Source: Azolla caroliniana
Taxonomy: Eukaryota > Plantae > Polypodiophyta
Length of the DNA: 64,000 nt
Assembly: GCA_043228905.1 (NCBI GenBank)
Contig: JBHGNT010000002.1
Location: 12,772,001 to 12,836,000, forward strand
Direction: 5' to 3'
A program made the translations under genes and the position numbers. The notes under the pieces are model-generated. The model ran no database searches. It was not told the DNA's origin and was given only the letters and a program-made list of their open reading frames with translations. Positions 50,956 through 62,353 of the stretch are shown here, in pieces. The number at the start of each line of letters is the position of its first letter. Position 1 is the first letter of the stretch.

Positions 50956-51790
50956 CGGAATATTTGGGTAATCTGACCTTCTAGTATTATTTCCTTCGCC
51001 ATATGCATATATGTCTCTGGAGTGTGACTGATTGTGATATCCTCCATTGGCACTGCCACCTTCTTGGCTCCTTTCGTCCTTATCCTCATCTGCTTATTAC
51101 CTCCCACTCTTAACTATATTGCCTGCACAACCGTTGCCAATTGATTACCGGCCAGCTCTTTGTTCTCTCCCGAACTCTGCTCAACACTATGTTTCTCCTT
51201 ATTAAGATTAATAAATCTTCACCATTTGATTAGTTGAATATTCGCATCAGCCAAAGCAACCCTCTTCCTCTGGGATGCCTATTCCTATATTGTAGTTGGC
51301 TAGTCGGCTTGTTAATTGGCATAGACACTTCCGGCTCTGGTTTGGCCCTTTGATCTTCGGAGTTGTTGATTCCTGCTTGTGGGCAGTTCATCATCTGCAT
51401 GTGTAATTGTTGCAGTAGTTCTTTTGATCGACTTGACTTGGCTTTCTTTCGTGTCAGCTTTAGGAGGGCTCTCTTTCTACCACTCCGTTGGTTGGGTTTC
51501 AATTAGCCATTGTTGTCTTGGCTATTTTGGCGTTTGTGTCCTTCTCCCTTTTTTCTTTGCCGCCTTTAATAATGCCAAAATAGGCGGATCCAAAATCGAC
51601 AACCACTTCACTACTGCCGTCCTCTCGTTCTTCAGTGTCGTGATCACCACTCAAAACGCATTTGCTACATCATCCCATTGTGGTTGCCAAAATGTGTTCT
51701 ACTCTCTAGAACACGGATTGGATACCCAATCACCAAAGATCGTGGTTGGAAAGATGGATATTCAACCGCAACTAATCACTAGTCAGCTAT
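50956..51790 (-). pseudogene. Family K ORF remnant (second host copy), continuing at 61846-61895
   Basis: VVKWLSILDPP matches FARWLSVLFPA of ORF 197-637. Across element C it reads VVAVSDS..LGYLKIAD versus LVTVSDN..QGFLKIVE. Confidence 0.55.
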
Positions 51791-52326
51791 TGTCACGGAC
51801 ATGACAACAATAATGTCAAGATTTGAACTCTTCACCTCTTGTACATAGTCAAGTGCTATGTTCTAACCAACACATCCAAATACATGGTCATGTTATATAA
51901 ATCTTAGTATATTATTACTAGATCATCTATATCTCAAGTTCTAGGAGTTTTAAGAAAGTTCTAGAATTAGAAGGTTCTAGAGGGTTCTAGAATATTCTCC
52001 CAAATGTTCTCCAGAATATTCTAATGCATGTACTTCAACTCGCGGTATAAATACGTGTAACCTCATTGGTTCCTTTCAAGGGATTCAACGCCAGTCATTG
52101 ACACATCAATCTAGTATTCTTGTTTAGCCCCATCTTCTCTCCTTGCTTTACATCTCTGTCTTTATGCTCTTATATTGTTCCTAGCATCTCAAGCTCCTCA
52201 TCACGTCACTCCAAACTTCCCGAGTTTCTAGCCTCATCACATTTAGTTCCATGTTCGTAACCTTCTCGATCGTAGCCTTGTCATCTATGCTTTGTCGTAG
52301 TCTAGCATTGGTGTGTCCGTGATAGT

Positions 52327-52337
52327 TTGAATTCCTT
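52327..52337 (+). promoter_or_regulatory. Putative self-priming PBS of element C
   Basis: TTGAATTCCTT pairs (one G:U) with AAGGGATTCAA at 52078-52088, which starts 32 nt after the start of TATAAATA (52046). Confidence 0.65.
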
Positions 52338-52359
52338 CCAACTAGAAGAATCACTTGTC

Positions 52360-53230
52360 TTCGTCATCGCCCTTGCTTCTAGAGTTACCATTGTCACCGT
52401 CCTTACTTCTAGAGTTTCCGTCATCAACATCCCTTCGTTTCTTATCTTCCTCGTCAACCCGTCTTCGTTATCGCCCTTGCTTCTAGAGTTACCATCGTCA
52501 CCATCCTTGCTTCTAGAGTTACCGTCATAAACATCCCTTCGTTTCCTATCTTCCTTGCCATCTCTATCTCCTAGTTTCTTCTCATCGTTGTCTTTGTCTT
52601 TTAGTTTCTCTTCATCATCATCTTTGATTTTTACTTTCTTCTCATCCTCCACATCCCTTTGTTTCTTATCTTCCTCGTCAACCCGTCTTCGTAATCGCCC
52701 TTGCTTCTAGAGTTACCATCGTCACCATCCTTGCTTCTAGAGTTACCGTCATCAACATCCCTTCGTTTCCTATCTTCCTTGCCATCTCTATCTCCTAGTT
52801 TCTTCTCATCGTTGTCTTTGTCTTTTAGTTTCTCCTCATCATCATCTTTGATTTTTACTTTCTTCTCATCCTCCACATATCTATCTTTGTGTTTCTTATC
52901 ATCATCCCTATCTTTGTGCTTCCAAATAATCTTCCACATCCCTATCTCTTCGTTCTTTGTCATTGTCATCCTTCTCCCTGTGTTTCCTACCATTTTCATC
53001 TCTATCTATGTGTTTCTTATCATCATCATCCCTATCTATGCGTTTCTTATCATCTTAGTCTCTATCACTGTGTTTTCTATCATCCTCTTTGTGTTTCTTT
53101 TTATCCTCAACCTCTCAATCTCTATGTTTCTTATCCTCTTCATATATTTCTCTATTTCCATCATTGCCATAGTCACAATCATTGTTTCTAGAGTCAACAT
53201 CATTGTCTTCATTGGTTCGTCTTCGACATC
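52360..53230 (-). repeat. Low-complexity purine-rich (minus strand) repeat region with 30-bp subunits and a ~224-bp tandem duplication
   Basis: 52428-52651 is approximately repeated at 52652-52875; the minus frames read as K/D/E/R-rich peptides. Confidence 0.8.
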
Positions 53231-54205
53231 ATCATCTTCAGCACCTCTTGGTGTCGTTATCAACACTACTTTGCCTAGCCTTCATTGATGTCAAGTGCTC
53301 CAGTTCCTGGTGAGGACCCTGCAGGATCGCTCACGCCCATTGGTGTCCCAGTTCCTGGTGAGGACTACACAGGTTCCCTCACGCCCGTTGGTGTCCCAGT
53401 TCTAGGTGAGGACCGCACATGGTTGCTCATGCCCGTCGGTGTTCATGTCTCCGGTGAGGACTGCACAAGGTCGCTCACGCCCGTCAGTGTCCCAGTCTCC
53501 AGTGAGGACCGCACATGGTCGCTCATGCCCGTCGGTGTTTGTGTCTCCAGTGAGGACCACACAGGGTCTCTCACACCTATTGGTGTTTGTGTCTCCGGTG
53601 AGGACCGCATAGGGTCTCTCACACCCGTTGGTGTCCTAGTTCCCGGTGAGGACCGCACATGGTCACTCACACCCGTTGGTGTTCTCTTCTCCGATGTCAT
53701 GAAGATTTTCGGCAATAGTGTGAAAATCCCATAAAACGTACGAAATCGAGTATGATTCACATAATACAATAATTGTGAAGAAAACATTTTTAATATCTAA
53801 GTACAAAATGATGGAGGTTTCGAATGCACTTTATTACACGAGAAATGGACAACTAAATGTCAAGATATGAGGGTATAAAGTTTGTGAAAAGAAAAGAGAA
53901 AATTGTGAGATATCCCACATAGGCACGACAAATACGGCTCTCATCATATATAAGGTGGAGCAAAAGATATTATCTTTGTGTCTATGTGTGGAGCATAGAG
54001 AGTTCAAGGTAACTTGAACTTAGAGTGGAAGTGGCTAGCTACTCAAAAAGGGTTTTGGCCAACCAAAACCGGACCGGCGATGGAGCCGGTGATCCGACGG
54101 CATCCGACCGCAATCCGGCGACGGTATCGGCATCCGACGGCGACGTTGGCATCCGACGGCAGCACCGGTATCCGGCGGCGACATCCGGTGAACCGGCGAC
54201 TAGAT

Positions 54206-54320
54206 AAAATAAATATATAAATATATATACATATTTACATATACAAGGAGGGCAAGTGTGGATTCGAACCTTGCACCTCCAAGTTAGGAGTCAAATGGCT
54301 TACCATTAAGCCATACTATT
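54206..54320 (-). promoter_or_regulatory. tRNA-like Pol III type-2 promoter cassette inside the L 5' LTR (second copy ~60595-60709)
   Basis: A box TGGCTTAATGG (54313-54303), B box GGTTCGAATCC (54270-54260), and TTTT at 54209-54206. Confidence 0.7.
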
Positions 54321-54781
54321 TAGTTGAAATTATATTTCTATCATTGTACTTTTACATGTAAATTCTCATCCATGAGTGCTAAAATGAGTGACATGGTTAG
54401 CCTGCACCACATGTAATACTTAAGCGCCAAATGGCAAACATACAATTTATGCATGTCTTGTACCCTCACATGCATCATATGCATGAGAGCATCTATAAAA
54501 GAGGGAAGGGAGAGGAGAAAAACACGGTTTTTTTTTATGAAAATTAAGAGGAAGAAATTCGTTATCAAATCAATTGTGTAATCTCAACTTCTCTCTTTCC
54601 CAATCTATCTTAAGTACTTTCTCGCCAAAGCTTGTATCGACTCTAAATCCTTCCGGTCCAGAACCCCGGCGGTTCCGCCTCACGATCCGCGCATAGTGAC
54701 GGATCTTCACGACATAATTAAGTGGTGAACCCGACGTGAAAGAGGCGGTAGGAAGGATCAAGTCGAGATTAATACTTGGAG

Positions 54782-57700
54782 ATGGCGTCCTCAAGCAACC
54801 AAGCAGGAGAGCTCGAAAGGATGATGCTAATCGTCGAGCAAATGATGAGATCTCGGGACAACGACGTGAGCGTGGAGAAGGTTGTCGATCGTGTCGTAGA
54901 GCTCGAGGGCCAATTCGATGGAAGGAACGTTACAAAGTTCCTTGATGCATATAAGAGGGAGATGAATCAAAGGGACGTGTTCGAGGCACGTCAAATCGCA
55001 AGCTTCAAGAGAGTTGTCGCCAACAACATCCAAAGACGCGTCATCGAGCTTCAAGAAGGAAAGACAACATGGTCTGAGTTCGAGAAAACGAGGATGACTC
55101 GACATGCCCTGATGAAGTGGATAGAGAAGAAGAATAAGAAGATGAGCGTCTCGAGGGTGTACGACGAATTCGACCAGATGTTTAGTCGTCTCCCCAATAC
55201 GGACCAAGTGTTGCTTGAAGAGGACAAGACTTTGTACTTCTTGAAGGCCGTGGACATAAAGGATAGACGGGAGTTGGGGACTCTTCTCGAAGATGATACC
55301 CAAGCAAATGGGCTCGTGGCGGACTGGATTGCGGTGAAGCGGGCATGCAATAGGCTCGACAAGCGTCGCCAATGGGTTGATGACACCGACTTGACGGGAC
55401 CGACTACCACGGAGAAAGCAAGACCGCCGAAAGTAGCTGAGCCGCTGAGACAAAGTAACGTGGAAGAAAAGAAGATTGATGACGACATCATCGAAGAGCT
55501 AGCGAAGAAGTTCGAGAAGGTCATGCTAGCCAACATGAATCGTCGGGGCCCTAAAGGAAAAGAACCCTTTAGATGCGTGTGGTGCGATAGCATGGACCAC
55601 ATGAGAAGGGATTGTGCGAGCCTTCGAGAGGCGATTCGACAAAATATCGTATACATAGAGGACAACATGATCTGCTCAAGCGAGACTAGAAGACCCCTAC
55701 GGGTGAATTTCGGAAGAGGAGGAATGAAGAAATCTATGGAGGATGCCGATGCGACTTCATGTGGATGCGATGCACTATGCTACGTCGGCCGGAATAAGAG
55801 TCGGGAAAGACAAGACTGAAGCTGCTAGAGCGGGAGCAAAGTTTTGGACTTCCGTTCTCGAATATGAGAAGAAGGGAAAAGTCACATCGAACGAGGTAGA
55901 GCTTGCGGACCGAAATGTGCAAAGCATAACCGGGTGGTCGGATCCGGTGGACGACAACACCATACTCGCAGAGGTGATGTGCGACAACCACGAGGTGTTC
56001 GTTGAAGAAAAGAGAAAGAGAATAGAAGAGCAAGGCCCATCTAAAAGACATGAAACAAGGAACGCGAAAAAGAAGGACGATGCGGAGACGAGTCGACCTT
56101 TACAAACGGAGGAACGAGAATCAAGCCGAAAAGGGGAGCCGAGCATACGAGTTGAAGAAACGGTTCGGCCCGTGAAGGTTGGTGTCGAAGACCCCGCTCG
56201 GAGGACAAGGACCATACCTACCTATAAGCTAAGGTCGTACATAGAGCAGACGACGGACCTAAAGAAGATTCTCGAAGAACGAGTTCTTGATAGCCACGTA
56301 ACTTTGTCCTTGAGGGAATTGCTTGGCATTACGAAGAAGGAGTTCCATGACACGATCGTGGACCTTGTAAAGAGAAAGAGACAACAATCGGACGAGGAAG
56401 AAGAGAAGCCGCAAAAAGCAAAAAGAAATGCCATAACGATGGCAAGAGAAGAAATCGATGAAGATATGGTGGACAGCCACTACACTCGACCTCATTGGGC
56501 ACGAGCGACAACGGAGACGCCGGTGAAGATCGGGGAGAAGAAAGAGACCGTCGTAGCCTTGATCGACCACGGCTCGGAGATCAACCTCATGTCAACCGAC
56601 TTCTACAAAAAGGTAAGATGCCCAATCAATACAAACCACGGATGGAAGATTCGCGCGGCAACAAAGTCTACGGAGGACTTGTACGGAGCTTGTCCCAATG
56701 TCAAAGTCACGATCGGGGATGTGGAGATGGATCAACACTTCTTCGTACAAGAATCGGCATCGCATCCTGTCATCCTAGGGCAACCTTATATCACATCATC
56801 TCGGATGGAGACCAAAGTGTTCGATAATGGAGCAGCCTTCGCACGAATAAAGAGTCTTGACAACCAAAGATCGGTCCAATTCCTAACAGTGCGAGCCAAT
56901 CATGAAAGGAATCGAGATAGTCTCGGAGGCGAATCCTCGGATTTTTAGAGCGGACTATTGAAGCATGGGGCACAAATAGTCCGAGCAATCACAAGACCCC
57001 ACAAGAAAGAAGAGTGCGTGGATTGCAAGGAGAAGCAACATGTGTCACACCTAGTGGCGCATGTAAACTAGTACTACCCGACAAGAAGCACAAACGCCGG
57101 ATACAAGAATTCGAGAAGATGCTGAAACAAGAGAACATAATAGAAGAAGGAGAGTTTGTGACTCATATTATGGAAGAAGCCTCATTTAACGACACCATCG
57201 GCGAAATCGAGGACGTCGTGGACTTGAGCTATCTTCACAACCAACGTGTGATTTCGGTTAACTCCGTCAACATGTACGCTATCATCGATGAATACCGTCG
57301 TGGCATCTCGATGAATGAAGCTGACATCAACACGAAATATAAAACAGTGGATAAGAAGATCAAGCCAGTTGCGGTTCCGCTACCGGAAGATAGCTGGCAA
57401 AAGATGAAGGAAGTCGCTAACGATCCAAGCTTAAGAGATCCGAAGAAGATAGGTCATGACTTCACCAAAGAGACGAAGGGGAAGCTACGAGTTGGAAAGG
57501 AGGATTTCTTTCTCCCTGAAGAGGAGCGAATGTTTCGCGATATGCTTGAGAGACATGGGAAGGCTTTCGCATTCTTCCCACGAGAAATCGGATGCGCCGA
57601 CCCAAAGGTTATAGAGCCAATGGTGATCTTCACGGTGCCTCATGTGCCTTGGAACTTGAAACCGATACCGGTTCCGAGAGCACACCTTCCGAAGCTGATC

Positions 57701-59949
57701 GAGCTCTTAAAGGAGAAGGTGAGTATGGGAATTCTAGAACCGTCGAATGCTCCTTATTCCAATAGGTGGTTCACGGTGCCGAAGAAGAATGGATCATTGC
57801 GATTCATCCAAGATCTTCAACCTGTCAACAAGGTGACAATTCAAAATGCCGGAATCGGTCCGAGCGTGGACGAATTTGCCGAAGCGTTTGCGGGCCGGTC
57901 CATCTAATCCATTGGCGATCTCTACTCCGGATATGACCAATTCCAATTGGCGATCGACAGTCGGGACATTACAACCATGAGGACTCCGATCGGGCTTGTG
58001 CGGATGTGTACCTTACCCCAAGGCGCAACGAACTCGGTGGCTCATATGGTGAATGCCATGAATAAAGTCTTGAAGGATTGCATTCCGGACATCACGATGC
58101 CGAAGGGAAACCAATTTATGTGACCGTAGATACGAGCCCAACCGGAATCGGGTGGGTCATCAATCAAGAAGGTGAAGATAATGCGCGATATGCCGTCTGG
58201 TTCGGAGCAAAGGTTCTCAGCGAACGGCAACAAAGATATGCCCAAGTCAAGCGGGAACTTTGGGGTATTGTGTCGGCAGTGAAGACGGACAAAGATTACC
58301 TGATCGGATCAGAAGTGATAATAGAGACAGATTGTCTCCCAATTCTCGGAATGGTCTCGGGATGTGCGACCCCAGATCTTGCTATGCTAAGGTGGATCGC
58401 CTACATCAAGTCTTTAAACCCAGAGATCCGTCACATCGCAGGGAAGAAGAACGCCATGGCTGACATGCTGTCGAGGGCAAGATTTTCAAATGGAAGTAAC
58501 ATGGTTTCGGAAGATGAAGATGTCGCCCTCGACTTCTTCAAGATGGCTCGATTGTCGGCGGAAGACCAGGACGCGCAAACCCTCCACGCCTTCAACGAGA
58601 ACGAGTACGAAGGAGAATGGTTACTCATCGGTAGATTCCTAAGAACATTGACGACAGATGCTTCGTTGACAAAGGAGGAGGCCCTACGAATCCGAAAGAA
58701 AGCTTACTGATACTTCTTGAAGGGAGGATTCCTTTGGCGACATCCAAAAAGAAGGACAGGAATACCACGTCGAGTGGTGGTAAAGAAAGAAGAGCAAGAG
58801 ACGCTGATGACCGAATTCCACGAGAGTGCTTGGGCAGGTCATAGAGGAACATGGGCGACGTTCGAAAAGTTGAAGGAGAAGTACTGGTGGCCAAGCATGT
58901 ACAAAGATGTACTCCATTTCGTGTCCACATGCGAAACTTGGCAAGTATATTCAAATATACGTCATCGTGATGAGTTAAAGCCGACATACCCACTCACCAT
59001 ACACTTCAAATGGATGGTGGATCTGGTCTCGATGCCAATGGGAGTGGGACAAATGAAGTACTTAGTGCTGGCAAGGGAAGACTTGACAAATCAAGTGGAA
59101 GGACGAGCCTTGACAAATAAGACGACTTCAGCCGTTTGCAAATTTCTACTTGAAGATGTTGTTTGCCGATATGGATGTGTAGGGAAGATGGTGGCCGACC
59201 GAGGGGAGTTGGACGCGCCCGAAGCGACGGAGCTCTTCGAAAGACTAGGCGTGAAGCTCTCCCTCACGACTGCCTACAATCCGGAAGCAAATGGGAAGAT
59301 CGAGCGAGGGCATGGACCTATCGTTAAATCCATCGTACGGGCATGCAACGGTCGAGTCGGGAATTGGCCACGACTATTACCCTATGCCTTGTGGGCCGAT
59401 AGAACGACACATAGCTCGGTGACAGGGTATATGCCGACGGAGCTTATGTATGGACAAAAGCCGATTATGCCCATCGAAAGAACGATCACCTCATGGGTAG
59501 CGATACCGTGGGAGAACGAGATGAGCCGAGAAGAGTTATTAGCGGCGCGGATAAGGCAACTTGAAAGAAGACCTGAAGATTTAGAAAAAGTGCGAAAGAT
59601 GATGAAGGCAGCCCGAGTAAAGAACAAAGTTCGGTTCGACAACACGCATCGACTTTGTCCCAAGAAGATTGAAGAAGGGGATTGGGTTTTGGTTTACGAC
59701 AACACCCTTGACAATCAACACAGTACAACAAGGAAGTTCGCAAGAAGATGGTTCGGGCCGTATGTGGTGACAAGTGCCAACGATAATGCCACATACCACC
59801 TTGGAACTAGACGGATCAATGTTGGCCGTACCCATTGCGGGAAAAAGAGTAAAGCTTTTCAAGAAAAGACAAGACAAGGATCCTGACCTCGATTACCTCG
59901 ACGATGAACATAATAGGCCGGATGAAAATGAAGACATGGACGAATCTAA
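54782..59949 (+). pseudogene. gag-PR-RT-RH-IN pseudogene of element L; RT catalytic YxDD region deleted near 58100
   Basis: CVWCDSMDHMRRDC knuckle, IDHGSEINL protease, RT N-terminal motifs, VDTSPTGIG RNase H and integrase core; contains frameshifts and stops. Confidence 0.9.
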
Positions 59950-61899
59950 TTGATCATCGTAGCCGAAATCTCACTTCTTCTCTTCTTGGCACGTACCGGA
60001 GGACGTGCGGTTTGGTGGGGGTGGATGTCGTGAAGATTTTCGGCAATAGTGTGAAAATCCCATAAAACGTATGAAATCGAGTATGAATCACATAATACAA
60101 TAATTGTGAAGAAAACATTTTTAATATCTAAGTACAAAATGATGGAGGTTTCGAATGCACTTTATTACACGAGAAATGGACAACTAAATGTCAAGATATG
60201 AGGGTATAAAGTTTGTGAAAAGAAAAGAGAAAATTGTGAGATATCCCACATAGGCACGACAAATAAGGCTCTCATCATATATAAGGTGGAGCAAAAGATA
60301 TTATCTTTGTGTCTATGTGTGGAGCATAGAGAGTTCAAGGTAACTTGAACTTAGAGTGGAGGTGGCTAGCTACTTGAAAAGGGTTTTGGCCAACAAAAAC
60401 CGGACCGGTGATGGAGTCGGTAATCCGACGGCATCCGACCGCAATCCGGCGGCGGCATGCGGCACCGGTATCCGGCGTCGGCGTCGGCATCCGGCGGTGG
60501 CACCAGTATTCGGCGTCGGCATCCGGCGACGGCGTCAGCATCCGGCGGCGGCACCGGTATCCGGCGGGGACATCCGGCGAACCGGCGACTAGATAAAATA
60601 AATATATAAATATATATACATATTTACATATACAAGGAGGGCAAGTGTGGATTCGAACCTTGCACCTCCAAGTTAGGAGTCAAATGGCTTACCATTAAGC
60701 CATAGTATTTAGTTGAAACTATATTTCTATCATTGTACTTTTACATGTACATTCTCATCCATGAGTGCTAAAATGAGTGACATGGTTAGCATGCACCACA
60801 TGTAATACTTAAGCGCCAAATGGCAAACATGCAATTTATGCATGTCTTGTACCCTCACATGCATCATATGCATGAGAGCATCTATAAAAGAGGGAAGGGA
60901 GAGTAGAAAAACACGGTTTTTTTTTATGAAAATTAAGAGGAAGAAATTCGTTATCAAATCAATTGTGTAATCTCAACTTCTCTCTTTCCCAATCTATCTT
61001 AAGTACTTTCTCGCCAAAGCTTGTATCGACTCTAAATCCTTCCGGTCCAGAACCCCGGCGGTTCCGCCTCACGATCCGCGCGTAGTGACGGATCTTCACG
61101 ACACCGATGAGGATCGCACATGGTCACTCACGTTCCCTCGTGTTCCACTCTCCGATGAGGACCGCACATGGTCACTCAAGTTCACTCCTGTTCCATTCTC
61201 CGGTGAGGACAGCTCATGGTCAACCACTCCTCAACCTACTCCAGTTTTCTCTCTTAGCTCACCCCTGCACCACACTTCCGAAAAGGCGGTCGTAAAGGGG
61301 AGGATAATTTCATGGACATGGCAACAATAATGTCAAGATTTGAACTCTTCACCTCTTGTATATAGTCAAGTGCTATGTTCTAACCAACGCATCTAATACA
61401 TGGTCATGTTATGTATATCTTAGTATATTATTACGAGATCATCTATATCTCAAGTTCTAGGAGTTTTAAGAAAGTTCTAGAATTAGAAGGTTCTAGAGGG
61501 TTCTAGAATATTCTCCCAAATATTCTCCAGAATATTCTAATGCATGTACTTCAACTCGCAGTATAAATACGTGTAACCTCCTTGGTCCCTTTCAAGGGAT
61601 TCAACGCCAGTCATTGACACATCAATCTAGTATTCTTGTTTAGCCCCATCTTCTCTCCTTGCTTTACATCTCTGCCTTTATGCTCTTGTATTGTTCCTAG
61701 TGTCTTAAGTTCCTCATCGCGTCGCTCCAAACTTCCCGAGTTTCTAGCCTCATCACGTTTAGTTCCACGTTCGTAACCATATTGGTCAGAGCCTTGTCAT
61801 TCGTGCTCTGTCGTAGTTTGCGGTTGGTGTGTCCATGATAGCTATTTTCAAATAGCCTAGGCAATAACTATCTGAAACGGCTACAACAAATTAATCCTC

Positions 61900-62353
61900 A
61901 ACACATAGTACAAGCCATATCCGAATTGGCTACACCATAGATTTGGTCAACAATTAGCACAATAATTAAGAAACTGAATAATAGGGACAATGTATACCCA
62001 AAATCCCTCTATATGAAATAATTGTACACAATATACAACATATAATACAAAGCACATGCCCCCATTTTATAGGTGACGCATGTATGGTTAGAATGCCATT
62101 TCAGCACATCCTTTCGGATAAGATCTCCTAAAGTCATAATTCATGGCTATTCATATCTAAATTCTATTACATCGTTTCCTATCTAATAATATTCCGCTAC
62201 ATAATAATATGGAATCCTAATAATATTTCAGCTTCCGGCTTCACACTGCTTGCCGGTTATCCGATTCGACTTCGGCTTTCACACCAGCCAGCCTTCAGCT
62301 CTTTCACATATTCAGCCTTCAACCATTTCGGCTATCAATCCCCGTGGGAGACA
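61900..62353 (-). repeat. Possible LTR related to 2760-3219
   Basis: TGTCTCCC start; shares ACCTATAAAA and TAATTGTYGACCAAA with 2760-3219. Boundaries are uncertain. Confidence 0.35.

Larger units (their letters stand above)
53695..61103 (+). mobile_element. Ty3/Gypsy element L (non-chromovirus, tRNA-Trp PBS)
   Basis: LTRs 53695-54714 and 60026-61103; PBS 54723-54740; G-rich PPT ~60014-60025; 4-bp TSD CCGA. Confidence 0.96.
53298..61232 (+). repeat. 48-bp tandem array (about 11 copies: 53298-53694 and 61104-61232) split by element L
   Basis: Unit approximately CCAGTYYCCGGTGAGGACCGCACAWGGTCRCTCACRCCCGTTGGTGTY. Confidence 0.92.
51791..61840 (+). mobile_element. Non-autonomous LTR element C with no gag/pol; internal region made of tandem repeats; interrupted by L
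   Basis: LTRs 51791-52324 and 61308-61840; TSD GCTAT; PPT 61294-61307; about 1.6 kb of own internal sequence. Confidence 0.92.

Noticed and set aside
53298-53694. 48-bp array as a CRISPR array or as a real 149-aa protein (ORF 53285-53734)
   Set aside because: The whole unit is repeated with no spacers. Open frames are expected from a stop-free unit divisible by 3, and the ORF runs on into the LTR of L.
54248-54320. Functional tRNA gene (Arg-CCT-like loop)
   Set aside because: The acceptor, anticodon and T stems do not pair properly; it is kept only as a Pol III promoter-like cassette.
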